A stretch of DNA of 64,000 bases, from contig CAWAIF010000003.1 of assembly GCA_963782055.1 (NCBI GenBank), forward strand, positions 3,648,001 through 3,712,000. The letters are read 5' to 3'. Position numbers and translations under genes: made by a program. Under the pieces are notes generated by a model, which saw only the letters and a program-made list of their open reading frames with translations, was not told the DNA's origin and made no database searches. Shown here piece after piece: positions 1 to 9,702 of this stretch. Each line of letters begins with the position of its first letter. The stretch's first letter is position 1. The stretch is from an uncultured delta proteobacterium. GTDB taxonomy: Bacteria > Myxococcota_A > Polyangia > Polyangiales > Polyangiaceae.

Positions 1-454
1 CCCCGCTCATGGGGCTCATCGGGGTGACCGAGGCGTCCATCTGCGCGATGAGCGCGCGGTCCGCGCCGCCCATGCCACGGATCAGCCGCTTGACCTCGTC
101 CTTGGCCACCGCCAGGCGGTTGGGCGAGACGTCGGTCGACTGCATCGACGCGCTGGCGTCCACCAGCACCACCAGGTTGCGCCCCTTGATGAGCGTGGCG
201 GCGGCGCGCGGATCGCCGAGGGCGAGCACCAGCAGCGCCAGCAGCGCCAGCTGGATCAGCAGGGAGAGCAGCCGCTTGAGCTTGGAGAAGAGGCTGGTCG
301 CCTCCTTGTCGCGCAGGATGCGCCGCCACAGCGGGGAGAAGGGGACCGCGACCACCCGGCGACGCAGCTTCAGGATGTAGAGCGCCACCATCGCCACGCC
401 GACGACGGCGAAGATGGTGGCGAGCGTTGCGAAGGGCAGCCCGGCGAAGATCAT
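1..454 (-). CDS. BatA-domain/vWA-domain membrane protein (5' part; runs off window start)
   Basis: Manual translation from ATG at 454: MIFAGLPF...LYILKLRRRVVAVPFSPLW...LLVLALGDP...VVLVDASASM (BatA N-terminus plus MIDAS DxSxS); ATGA overlap with the DUF58 stop. Confidence 0.85.
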   Translation of the reverse strand, partial: MIFAGLPFATLATIFAVVGVAMVALYILKLRRRVVAVPFSPLWRRILRDKEATSLFSKLKRLLSLLIQLALLALLVLALGDPRAAATLIKGRNLVVLVDASASMQSTDVSPNRLAVAKDEVKRLIRGMGGADRALIAQMDASVTPMSPMSG

Positions 455-1389
455 CGGAGGAACCCGCCCCGCCGGAAGATGCGCAGGATCAGCTCGTCGA
501 AGGGCACGCCCACGTCGGCGGTGATGTACGGCACCTGGCGGCTCGTGCAGAAGCGCTCGATCTCCGCCATGTACTCACCGTGGACCTCCGAGAAGCGGTT
601 CAGGATGCGCTGGGTGACCGTCACCTCGCGCTCGTCTCCGGTCTCGCAGTCGTAGAGCAGCACGTCGCCGGTGAGCTTGGGGCGGGCCTCGCGCTTGTCG
701 GTCACGTGGACGACGAAGGGGTCGAACTTGTTGTAGCGGAGCACGTTGATGCCGCGCTCGAAGCCCTTGGGGTCGTAGAGATCGCTGATGAGCACGGCGA
801 GCCCCCGCCGCTTGTGCTGCGCGACGAAGGTCTTCATCGCGTCGCCGAGGTCGGTCTGGCCGGCGGGCTCCAGCGCGCGCAGGAAGCGAAATACCTTGAA
901 GATGCGCGCCTTTCCGCGCGTTTCTTGCATCCTATCCATCACCTTGTCACTCGTGGACACGATGGCCACGCGATCCAGGTTCGCGAGTCCGACGTAAGCC
1001 AGCGCCGCGCAGACCTTCTTGGCGTACTTCAGCTTGTTGCCGTCGCCGAAGGCCATGGATCCGGAGGCGTCGACGATGAAGTAGATGGCGAGGTCCTCCT
1101 CCTCCTCGTAGAGGCGGAGCAGGAGGCGGCCGAACTTCTGGTAGACGTTCCAGTCCAGGTAGCGGAAGTCGTCGCCTGGCTGGTAGTCGCGGTGGTCGGC
1201 GAACTCGATGCCGCTGCCGCTCTTCTTGGTGCGGCGCTCGGCGCGCATGCGCCCGGCGAAGACCTTCCGGCTGACGAGCGCCAGGTAGTCCAGCTTGCGC
1301 TGGAACTCGTCGTCGAAGAGGTCCTCGTCGGCCTTGGCCGCGCGCACGCTGCGCGGCCCGCGGCCGCGCAGGACGTCAAGCAGCCCCAA
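451..1389 (-). CDS. DUF58 domain protein (MoxR-associated)
   Basis: GSGIEFADHRDYQPGDDFRYLDWN signature; DASGSM; directly follows MoxR. Confidence 0.93.
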   Translation of the reverse strand: MGLLDVLRGRGPRSVRAAKADEDLFDDEFQRKLDYLALVSRKVFAGRMRAERRTKKSGSGIEFADHRDYQPGDDFRYLDWNVYQKFGRLLLRLYEEEEDLAIYFIVDASGSMAFGDGNKLKYAKKVCAALAYVGLANLDRVAIVSTSDKVMDRMQETRGKARIFKVFRFLRALEPAGQTDLGDAMKTFVAQHKRRGLAVLISDLYDPKGFERGINVLRYNKFDPFVVHVTDKREARPKLTGDVLLYDCETGDEREVTVTQRILNRFSEVHGEYMAEIERFCTSRQVPYITADVGVPFDELILRIFRRGGFLR

Positions 1390-2419
1390 TGGCGGCTCCC
1401 TTTTCCTTCAGGCCGGTCTTGGCCTCGGCGACGTTCTTGAGGATGTCGTCGATGAGCTGATCGGTCTTCATGCCCTCCGCCTCGCCCTCGAAGTTGAGCA
1501 GGATGCGGTGGCGGAGCGCCGCGTGCGCCACGCCGCGCACGTCGTCCACGCTGGCGGCGAAGCGCCCCTCGAAGAGGGCGCGGATCTTGGCGGCGAGCAG
1601 GATGGCCTGGGCGCCGCGCGGCGAGGCGCCGACGCGGGCGAAGCGCTTGCAGAGGTCCGGCGCGTCGGGGCCGTCGGGGTGCGTCGCCTGGATGACGCGG
1701 ATGGCGTAGTCCTGGACGTGGCGGGCCACGGGCACGCGCCGCACCAGCTTCTGCATCGAGAGGATGGTGTCGCGGTCGAGGACCGGGTGCACCGTGGCCG
1801 ACTCGTCGCCCGTCGTCAGGTCGAGGATCTGGTGCAGCTCGTCGCGGTTGGGGAAGGGGACGTGGAGCTTGAAGAGGAAGCGATCGAGCTGGGCCTCCGG
1901 CAGCGGGTAGGTGCCCTCCATCTCCAGCGGGTTCTGCGTCGCGAGGACGATGAACGGCTCCTCCAGCACGTGGGTGGTGTTGCCCACCGAGACGCGGTGC
2001 TCCTGCATCGCCTCCAGCAGGGCGCTCTGCGTCTTGGGCGTGGCGCGGTTGACCTCGTCGGCGAGGACGATGTTGGCGAACACCGGTCCCTTGCGGAAGT
2101 AGAAGTTGCGGCCGCCGGCGCCGCCCGACTCGTCGATGACGGTGGTGCCCAGGATGTCGGCGGGCATCAGGTCCGGCGTGAACTGGATGCGCGAGAAGGA
2201 GAGGCTGAGCGCCTCCGCCAGGGTGCGCACGAGCATCGTCTTGCCGAGGCCGGGCACGCCCTCGAGCAGCGCGTGACCGCCGGCGAGCATGCACACCAGC
2301 ACGCCGTCGACGACCCGCTGGTTGCCCACGATGACCTTGCCGATCTCGTCGCGCAGCGACTGGATCCGGTCCCGGAACTGCTGCACCTCGCCCCGCACGC
2401 TCTCCGTTGCCTCGCTCAT
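1376..2419 (-). CDS. moxR: MoxR-family AAA+ ATPase
   Basis: Walker A GVPGLGKT, RIQFTPDLMPAD, DEVNRATPKTQSALLEAM, ATQNPLEMEGTYPLPEAQLDRF. Confidence 0.95.
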   Translation of the reverse strand: MSEATESVRGEVQQFRDRIQSLRDEIGKVIVGNQRVVDGVLVCMLAGGHALLEGVPGLGKTMLVRTLAEALSLSFSRIQFTPDLMPADILGTTVIDESGGAGGRNFYFRKGPVFANIVLADEVNRATPKTQSALLEAMQEHRVSVGNTTHVLEEPFIVLATQNPLEMEGTYPLPEAQLDRFLFKLHVPFPNRDELHQILDLTTGDESATVHPVLDRDTILSMQKLVRRVPVARHVQDYAIRVIQATHPDGPDAPDLCKRFARVGASPRGAQAILLAAKIRALFEGRFAASVDDVRGVAHAALRHRILLNFEGEAEGMKTDQLIDDILKNVAEAKTGLKEKGAAIGAA

Positions 2420-2477
2420 GTCCTTCTTTTCCGTTTCCTGCGCCGCGCGCGGCGGCGGGTTGAGTGTGGGGTGGGGC

Positions 2478-4541
2478 TCACTGGCCTTCGCGCGGGCGAA
2501 TGAGCTGGAAGTAGCGCCGCACGTAGAAGCGGTAGCCCCCGGGGATCTCGTCCTTGTTCAGCGCTTCCTCGGCCACCGTGTGGTACTCGCGATAGACCTT
2601 GGTGTAACCCCGCGAGGCGAACCCGCGCTCCGCGGCGCCGAGGATCACCTGGCTGCGGCTCTGGCCTTGCCCGGTGTCCTGCCCGGCGACCTGCGTGTCC
2701 TGCGTGCCCATCTTGGGGTTGGTGGCCTGGCCCTGCACGTGGCCGTCGTGGCCGGTGCCCCAGCCGGGGCCGGGCTGACGCTGCCCGGCGCCCTGCCCGC
2801 CCTGCCCCTGCCCCTGGCCCTTGCTGAGCATCAGGATCTTCTGCCCGTTGGGGCCGATGATCCATGTCTGCCCCTGGCCCTGTCCGCCCTTGCCCTGCCC
2901 CTGCCCCTGCCCCTGACCCTGACCCTGCTGGCCCTGGCCTTGCTGGCCCTGGCCTTGCTGGCCCTGGCCCTGACCCTGGTTGCCTGCTTGCTGGCCACCC
3001 TGCCCCTGCTGGCCCTGGCCCTGCTGCCCTTGCCCCTGCTGGCCCTGCCCCTGCTGGCCCTGGCCCTGCTGGCCCTGCCCCTGGCCCTGCCCCTGCGCGT
3101 GCATCTGGAAGCGGCGCAGGCGCACCATCTGCTTCTGGCCCCCCTGGCCTTGCTGGCGCAGCATCTCGCGCAGCTCCTGGAGCTTCTGCCGCAGCTGCTC
3201 CTTCTCCTGCTGCGTCATCTCCTGGCGGGCCATGCGGTTGATGTCCTCCGCGCCCTGATCCAGGTCCTGCGCGGAGACCCCGAGATCCTTCATCAGGTCC
3301 TCGGCGGCCTGCGCGAGGTCCTGGTCCAGCCTGTCCAGCTGCCGCTGCGCGCTCTGCGCCTGCTGCGTCTCCTGGTTCAGCCGGTCCAGCTCGCGCTCCT
3401 TCTTCTGCAGCAAGTCCTTCTCCGCCTGATCCTGCGGGCCGGCGTCGCGCTGGAGCTGCTGCTTCTTCTTCAGGAGGTCCACCTCCTTCTGCAGGGCGTC
3501 GCGGCGCTTCTCCAGGTCCTGCTTGCGCTGGTCGGCGCCCTGCGAGGCGGCCTTCAGCGCGGCGCGCATCTTCTCGAGCTGCGACTTGTCCACCTTGTGC
3601 TCACGGACCTTCTTGGCCAGATCGCGGACCTGCTGCTCGGCGAGCGTGAGGTTCTTCTGGTCCAGCGCGTCGCCCGCGGGCTTGGTGAGATCGCTCTTCT
3701 TCAGCTCGTCGGCCATCTTGGAGAGCTCTTGCTCGAGCGCCTTGTGGTCGGCGGGGCTGCCGGTGAGCAGCTTGTCCTCCAGCGCCTGCATCCGGCGGAA
3801 GGCCTCGGTGCGGTCCAGGCGCTTGGCGGCGAGGTCCTCGATGAGCTGGTTGAACTCGCGCGTGGCCTCCTTGGCCTCGTCGCTCTGATCGTTCTGCTCT
3901 TGCTGGTGGAGGAAGTCGCGCAGGGCGTCCAGATCGTCGGCGGTGACGTCCACAGGGTCGATCGTCTTCTGCGAGATGGCGGGCCGGTGCTCGCGCACCT
4001 CGAAGAGGGAGAGCAGGATGAGGACGCCGGCGAGGGCGCCGACGACGTACGTCTCGCCCGGGACGCGGATGGGCACCGCCCGCTGCGGCTGCACCTGGTT
4101 CACCACCGCGAGGGCGTCGTCGATGGCGGCGTCCATGAAGGGCGTCCGCTCCTCCCCGGTGAGCTTGGCGAAGGAGAGGGCGCTGGCGAGGCGGTCGGAC
4201 AGGCCGTGGTGGCGGTCCAGGACGATCGCCCCGGCCCGCAGCGGCAAGGGCCGCAGGTACGCCACCAGCGCGACGGCGACGGCCAGGGCGCCCTGCACGA
4301 TCAGCGCGACGCGGGCGGGGTGATCCTCCACCACGCCCGTCTTGCGCAGGACCAGGGTGATCACGGCGCCCACCAGGGCGACCGCGAGCGCCACCATCCC
4401 CCAGCGGAAGGCGCGGACGAACCGCAGCCGGCGCTCGGCCCGACGCGCCAGCCGCTCGATGCGGCTCACGTCGGTGGAGGCCCCCGCGCGCGGCGTCGAG
4501 GCGCGCTCGGTGGGCTCCTGGGGGGTGGTCGGCTCGGTCAT
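2478..4541 (-). CDS. Membrane-anchored coiled-coil protein with Gly/Gln repeats (MoxR-operon associated)
   Basis: Three N-terminal TM segments, DRLASAL motif, long helical region, GQ-rich tract, C-terminal IPGGYRFYVRRYF. Confidence 0.8.
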   Translation of the reverse strand: MTEPTTPQEPTERASTPRAGASTDVSRIERLARRAERRLRFVRAFRWGMVALAVALVGAVITLVLRKTGVVEDHPARVALIVQGALAVAVALVAYLRPLPLRAGAIVLDRHHGLSDRLASALSFAKLTGEERTPFMDAAIDDALAVVNQVQPQRAVPIRVPGETYVVGALAGVLILLSLFEVREHRPAISQKTIDPVDVTADDLDALRDFLHQQEQNDQSDEAKEATREFNQLIEDLAAKRLDRTEAFRRMQALEDKLLTGSPADHKALEQELSKMADELKKSDLTKPAGDALDQKNLTLAEQQVRDLAKKVREHKVDKSQLEKMRAALKAASQGADQRKQDLEKRRDALQKEVDLLKKKQQLQRDAGPQDQAEKDLLQKKERELDRLNQETQQAQSAQRQLDRLDQDLAQAAEDLMKDLGVSAQDLDQGAEDINRMARQEMTQQEKEQLRQKLQELREMLRQQGQGGQKQMVRLRRFQMHAQGQGQGQGQQGQGQQGQGQQGQGQQGQGQQGQGGQQAGNQGQGQGQQGQGQQGQGQQGQGQGQGQGQGKGGQGQGQTWIIGPNGQKILMLSKGQGQGQGGQGAGQRQPGPGWGTGHDGHVQGQATNPKMGTQDTQVAGQDTGQGQSRSQVILGAAERGFASRGYTKVYREYHTVAEEALNKDEIPGGYRFYVRRYFQLIRPREGQ
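2795..3095 (-). repeat. Coding low-complexity tandem repeat (GQGQQ/GQ)n
   Basis: Repeated CCCTG/GGCCCTG units encoding GQGQQ. Confidence 0.9.
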
Positions 4542-4767
4542 GAAAACCTCTCTTCACACGTTGAGACGTACGACCCGACCACAAGTTCCCTGCTTGGACG
4601 CCACGAAGAGGAGCGCATGCCTGGAGGAAGTCTAGACTCGGGATCGCCCTCGCGAAAGCTTACGCGCGCAACAAACCCGGTATTCCCCTCGAGATGGCCC
4701 GCCGCGGGCTTCACGGTCGAGTCGAGAGCCTCCGGCTCAGGCTCGAATTGGGCTACCCTCCGCGGCG

Positions 4768-5400
4768 GTGCCGCTCCCTTCACCGCTGGCCATCACCCTC
4801 GAGCTCGTGGGGGACGAGCGCGACGCCCCGGCGGGCTTCCTGCGGCTGCGGCGCCTGCGGCTCGTCGCCCGCTACCCCGACGGCTCGACGAGCGAGCCCT
4901 TTCTTTACGATGTGGTGGAGCGGCCCGCCCTCGACGCGGTGGTCATCGCCGCGCATTTCCGGCGCGACGGCGAGACGTGGGTCTTTCTGCGGTCGGCGGT
5001 GCGGCCACCGCTGTGGGCCCGCGACATCGAGCCGCGGACGGGCGGAGAGATGTGGGAGCTGCCTGCCGGGCTGGTGGAGCCCGGGGAAGAATGGAGGGCG
5101 GCCGGCGCACGTGAGCTCGAGGAGGAGATCGGCGTGCGCGTGCCGCCCGAGAGTCTTACGCCGCTCGGGCCCTTCGGGTTTCCCGCGCCGGGGATGATTG
5201 GTGAGATTCACGCCTACTTCCGGGTCGAGGTGGACCCGGCCTCCGTCTCGACGCCCCAGGGGGACTCCAGCCCGCTGGAGCGTAACGGCCAGGTGGCGGT
5301 CCTTCCGGTCGGGGAGGTGCTGGCGCTGTGCGCGCGCGGCGAGATCCGGGACACCAAGACCGAGCTCGCCCTGCGGCGGCTGGTGGAGGCGGTCGGATGA
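4768..5400 (+). CDS. NUDIX hydrolase (ADP-ribose pyrophosphatase-like)
   Basis: NUDIX box GLVEPGEEWRAAGARELEEEIG; C-terminal GEIRDTKT. Confidence 0.88.
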   Translation: MPLPSPLAITLELVGDERDAPAGFLRLRRLRLVARYPDGSTSEPFLYDVVERPALDAVVIAAHFRRDGETWVFLRSAVRPPLWARDIEPRTGGEMWELPAGLVEPGEEWRAAGARELEEEIGVRVPPESLTPLGPFGFPAPGMIGEIHAYFRVEVDPASVSTPQGDSSPLERNGQVAVLPVGEVLALCARGEIRDTKTELALRRLVEAVG

Positions 5401-6311
5401 AGGCCCCCCGCGTGGTGGTCATCGTCAAGCGCTCGACCTACGTGAGCGCGCGCTCCGACGGGCGCGTGCGCGAGCTGCTCGCCAACGGGCACCCCACCGT
5501 GGCGCGGATCAAGCGCGCCCACGAGGATCACCGGCGCACGGTGGAGGAGGTGCGCGTGGCGCTGGACGCCCTCGGCGTGCGCGCGACCTTCGTCGAACCG
5601 TCGCGCAAGTCGGTCGCGCGGCCGCCGTGGCGCGGACGCCCGGACCTGGTCGTGACCGTCGGCGGCGACGGCACGCTGCTCGCCGCGTCGCACTGGGTCG
5701 GATCGCAGACGCCGGTCCTGGGCATCAACAGCGCACCGCACGACTCGGTCGGATTCTTCTGCGGCGCCCGCGGGGGACGGGCGCGCAGGGCGCTCGCCGC
5801 CGCGCTCGCCGGGGAGCTGCCGCGCATCGCCCTCACGCGCATGCGCGTGGAGAAGAACGGCGAGGTCCTCCACGACCGCGTGCTCAACGAGGTGCTCATC
5901 TGCCACACCTCCCCGGCGGCCACGTCGCGCTACATCCTGCGGCTGGACGACGGCCGCGGCCGGCAGGTGGAGGAGGAGCAGAAGTCGAGCGGGCTCTGGG
6001 TCGGGCCCGCCGCCGGGTCCACCGCCGCGCAGCGGAGCGCGGGGGGGCGCGTGCTGCCGCTCACCGCGCGCAGCCTGCAGTACGTCGTGCGCGAGGCGTA
6101 CACGCCCTGGGGGCGGCGGCTGCGGCTGCGGCGCGGCCTCGTCTCGCCCGACGGATGGCTCGAGGTCCTGAGCAAGATGCGGGCGGCGCGCGTCTTCGCC
6201 GACGGCGTGCACATCGTCTTCGACTGCGCCCTGGGCGACGCCATCACCCTGCGCCGCTCCCCCGAGCCGCTGACGGTGCTGGGGCTGAGCAAGCGGCGAG
6301 GTCGCGCGTAG
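5397..6311 (+). CDS. nadK: NAD(H) kinase
   Basis: GGDGT motif, VLNEV, SSG..GPAAGSTAA..SAGG; ATG at 5397 overlaps the NUDIX stop (ATGA). Confidence 0.9.
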   Translation: MKAPRVVVIVKRSTYVSARSDGRVRELLANGHPTVARIKRAHEDHRRTVEEVRVALDALGVRATFVEPSRKSVARPPWRGRPDLVVTVGGDGTLLAASHWVGSQTPVLGINSAPHDSVGFFCGARGGRARRALAAALAGELPRIALTRMRVEKNGEVLHDRVLNEVLICHTSPAATSRYILRLDDGRGRQVEEEQKSSGLWVGPAAGSTAAQRSAGGRVLPLTARSLQYVVREAYTPWGRRLRLRRGLVSPDGWLEVLSKMRAARVFADGVHIVFDCALGDAITLRRSPEPLTVLGLSKRRGRA

Positions 6312-6396
6312 CCCGGCGTCTCCACTGCATTTCACGGCGGGCCTTGTTTGCCGGGGCCGTGGCCGACCTGTATTCTCTGCGGTGGGAGAGTCTTTC

Positions 6397-7044
6397 ATGC
6401 GCTTGCTGCTCTGGATGGGGTGCCTCTCGTTGCTCGCATCCGGCTGCGCCAACGGCATCGCCCAGAACGACGACTCGTCGCTCGACGGCGGCGGAGTCGA
6501 CGGCACACCGTCGGGCGACTCCGGCAACTGCCCGACCGGCCGGAGCGGTCCCGGATGCACGGAGTGTGCGGGCGGCTTCCACGCCTGCGGGCCCAACTGC
6601 CAGCAGGACCACGCCAACACGCCCGACGCCGGCTGCACCAAGAGCTGCGGGCAGCCGTGCGACACGCCGGCCAACGCCACCGCCAAGTGCACGAGCGACG
6701 GCCTCTGCGACTTCACCTGCAACGCGTCCTACGACCAGAGCGACGCCGGCTGCGACTGTCCGCAGGGCACCATCGACTGCGGCGGCACCTGCCAGCAGTG
6801 CTGCACCGACACCGACTGCCCCTCCAACATGCTCTGCCAGGGCGGCTCGTGCGCCGGCTGCCAGCCCGGCTACGGCGACTGCAACAACGACCCGAACGAC
6901 GGCTGCGAGGTCCACCTCAACAGCACGAGCAACTGCGGGAGCTGCGGGCACAGCTGCTGCGGGTCCATCTGCGGCTGCGGATTCCTGGGCCTCGGAGGCG
7001 AGAGTTGCAACGCCAACGGCAACAGCTTCAAGTGCGGGTGCTAG
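6397..7044 (+). CDS. Cys-rich myxobacterial-type lipoprotein
   Basis: Lipobox LLASGC; many Cys; DCNNDPNDGCE..NCGSCGHSC repeat type. Confidence 0.8.
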   Translation: MRLLLWMGCLSLLASGCANGIAQNDDSSLDGGGVDGTPSGDSGNCPTGRSGPGCTECAGGFHACGPNCQQDHANTPDAGCTKSCGQPCDTPANATAKCTSDGLCDFTCNASYDQSDAGCDCPQGTIDCGGTCQQCCTDTDCPSNMLCQGGSCAGCQPGYGDCNNDPNDGCEVHLNSTSNCGSCGHSCCGSICGCGFLGLGGESCNANGNSFKCGC

Positions 7045-7090
7045 CAATCCGGTGGCAAAAGGCCCCGTTTCGCACTAAGCCAAGGCCTAC

Positions 7091-8143
7091 ATGGGCTTCG
7101 AGCTTATTGGGACGGGCCACTACGCGCCGGGCCACCCGGTGACCAACGACGACCTCGCCCGCGTGATGCACACCTCGGACGAGTGGATCGCGAAGCGCTC
7201 CGGCATCCGCCAGCGCCACTACGCGCCGGACGGCATCGGCGCGAGCGACCTCGCCTTCGAGGCGTCCAAGCGGGCGATCGAGGCCGCCGGCATCTCGCCG
7301 AAGGAGATCGACTACATCGTCTTCGCGACGATGACGCCGGACCACATCTTCCCCGGTCCGGGGGCGCTGCTGAGCGCCAAGCTCGGCCTGAACGACATCC
7401 CCGCCCTGGACATCCGCCAGCAGTGCGCGGCGATGATCTTCGGCCTGCAGCTGATGGACGGCCTCTTCCGCACCAAGGCGGCGCGCACCATCCTCTTCGT
7501 CGGGGCCGAGGCGCACGCCGGCTTCATGCCGTGGGAGGACTGGAGCCTGCTCGAGCCGGGCGTCACCCGGGAGGCGAGCGAGGAGGAGAAGGCGCGCGCC
7601 GACGAGCACCGTGCCCTCGCCGTGCTCTTCGGCGACGGCGCCGGCGCGATGATCTTCCGCGCGACCGACCGCGACGCCGGGCTCAAGGGCGTGAAGGTGC
7701 ACACCGACGGCAAGGGCGGCCAGCTGCTCTACGTCAAGGGCGGCGGCTTCGTCACCCGGCCGTACTGGAAGCACGAGATGCTCGCCAACCGCGACTACAT
7801 CCCGCGGATGGATGGCAAGGAGGTCTTCAAGTACGCGGTCACCAAGCTACCGGCGACGGCGCGCGCGCTGTGCCGCGAGACCAACACCTCCATCGAGCAG
7901 ATCGACTGGTTCCTCGCCCACCAGGCCAACCGGCGCATCAACGAGTACATCCGCGAGCAGCTCAAGGTGCCCGAGGAGAAGATGCCGATGAACATCGATC
8001 GCTACGGCAACACCAGCGCAGCGACGATCCCCATCCTGGTCGACGAGCTCACCCGCGCGGGCCACCTCAAGAAGGGCGAGCTGAACATGATGCTCGCGCT
8101 CGGCGCGGGGATTCACTGGGGCTGCGCCCTCGTGAAGTGGTGA
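7091..8143 (+). CDS. fabH: 3-oxoacyl-ACP synthase III family protein
   Basis: Catalytic Cys (QQCAA), LFGDGAGA, HQAN, YGNTSAA. Confidence 0.92.
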   Translation: MGFELIGTGHYAPGHPVTNDDLARVMHTSDEWIAKRSGIRQRHYAPDGIGASDLAFEASKRAIEAAGISPKEIDYIVFATMTPDHIFPGPGALLSAKLGLNDIPALDIRQQCAAMIFGLQLMDGLFRTKAARTILFVGAEAHAGFMPWEDWSLLEPGVTREASEEEKARADEHRALAVLFGDGAGAMIFRATDRDAGLKGVKVHTDGKGGQLLYVKGGGFVTRPYWKHEMLANRDYIPRMDGKEVFKYAVTKLPATARALCRETNTSIEQIDWFLAHQANRRINEYIREQLKVPEEKMPMNIDRYGNTSAATIPILVDELTRAGHLKKGELNMMLALGAGIHWGCALVKW

Positions 8144-8156
8144 TATCCTTCCGGGG

Positions 8157-8780
8157 ATGAGGCGCACGCACACCGGCCTGGCCCTCGCCGTGGCCCTCGG
8201 CCTGGGCGGCCTCGCGGCGAGCGACGCGCGGGCGTCCATCTCGCGCGCGGTGGTGATGGACGCGCTCGTGGAGGAGAGCAGCTCCGTCGACGTGGTGACG
8301 CCGACCGAGTCGCACAGCGTGTGGGAGAGCGGCCGCATCGTCACCTACACCCAGGTGCACGTCGACGTTCCGGTCGCCGGCTCCCTCGCCGCCGGCGCCG
8401 ACCCGTGGGTTCGCACCCTGGGCGGCGTGGTCGGTGACGTGGGCCAGCTCGTCGACGGCGAGCCAGTGCTGATCGCCCACCAGCGGTCCTTGCTCTTCTT
8501 GCAGCCGGGGCCGACGCCCGACACCTTCCTCGTCACCGCGCGCGGCCAGGGGCAGTACCCGCTGCTGACCGACCCGGCGACGCACGCGGTCCGCGTGGTG
8601 CGCAACTCGGCCGCCGCCGCCGCGCTGCCGCCCCGCCGCGCGGCGCTGGCGCGCGCGACCGCACGGGCCCCCTCCGTTCCCGAGGCCGCGATGCCCGCCG
8701 CCGCCGTGCTGCACGGCAAGCCGCTCGACGCGGCGGAGCGCGCGGTGCGCGACTCCTGGGCGAGGACGCATGCGCGCTAG
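8157..8780 (+). CDS. Secreted protein, metalloprotease-associated N-domain-like
   Basis: Signal peptide ending ARA; RIVTYT...LGGVVG pattern; overlaps the next gene. Confidence 0.65.
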   Translation: MRRTHTGLALAVALGLGGLAASDARASISRAVVMDALVEESSSVDVVTPTESHSVWESGRIVTYTQVHVDVPVAGSLAAGADPWVRTLGGVVGDVGQLVDGEPVLIAHQRSLLFLQPGPTPDTFLVTARGQGQYPLLTDPATHAVRVVRNSAAAAALPPRRAALARATARAPSVPEAAMPAAAVLHGKPLDAAERAVRDSWARTHAR

Positions 8781-9702
8781 GGCGCTCGCCGCCGCCGCCT
8801 TCGCGGGGGCACTGGCGTCGGCCGCTGCCGCGGACGCCCACGCCTTCTGCCGCACCACCACCAAGGCCATCGATCCCACCTTCGTCCCGACACCGGACGA
8901 GCCCTGCTGGACGGAGGGGCTGCCGCTGTACTGGGCCAACGCGTGCATCGGCTACAGCATCCAGCAGGACGCCAGCAAGCAGATCTCCTTCAACGACGTC
9001 CAGGCGGCGATGGACACCGCCTTCGCCCGGTGGACCAACGCGGCGTGCCCCTCCGGCGGCGCCGCGCCGAAGCCCAGCATCGAGGTGCGCTACCTCGGGC
9101 CGGTGGCGTGCCACACCGTCCAGTACAACCAGCAGAGCGGCAACGCGAACATCGTCATGTTCGACGACTCCAGCTGGCCGCACCCCAACGCGATCGACAC
9201 CCTCGGTCTGACGACGGTGACCTACAACCCCAACACCGGCGAGCTCTACGACGCCGACATGGAGGTCAACACCGCCGAGCAGCAGCTCACCGTCACGCAG
9301 GACACCACCATCCCGAGCGACGGCTTCGATTTCGCGAGCATCGTCACCCACGAGGCGGGGCACTTCCTCGGCCTCGCGCACTCGCAGGATCCCAAGGCGA
9401 CGATGTTTGCACACTACACGCAAGGCACCACCTCCCTGCGCAACCTCTCCATGGACGACGTGCAGGGCATCTGCGCGGCGTACCCGCCGGACGGCACCCG
9501 CAACACCGCCGACGGCGGGCTGCCCGCGGGCGCGTGCGATCCCACGCCGCGGCACGGCTACTCCGGGGACTGCGGCAGCGGCTCGGGCGGGGGCGGCGGC
9601 GGCTGCGCCGCGGGCGGGGGCGGCGCGGCGGGCGACGCCCTCGCGGCCGCCCTCCTCGCCGGCCTGGGTCTCGTGCTGGCGCGCCGCAAGTCGCGCGCAT
9701 GA
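8770..9702 (+). CDS. Matrixin (M10-like) zinc metalloprotease with MYXO-CTERM-like tail
   Basis: HEAGHFLGLAH, Met-turn (ATMF), C-terminal GGGCA-linker-TM-RRKSR. Confidence 0.88.
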   Translation: MRARALAAAAFAGALASAAAADAHAFCRTTTKAIDPTFVPTPDEPCWTEGLPLYWANACIGYSIQQDASKQISFNDVQAAMDTAFARWTNAACPSGGAAPKPSIEVRYLGPVACHTVQYNQQSGNANIVMFDDSSWPHPNAIDTLGLTTVTYNPNTGELYDADMEVNTAEQQLTVTQDTTIPSDGFDFASIVTHEAGHFLGLAHSQDPKATMFAHYTQGTTSLRNLSMDDVQGICAAYPPDGTRNTADGGLPAGACDPTPRHGYSGDCGSGSGGGGGGCAAGGGGAAGDALAAALLAGLGLVLARRKSRA

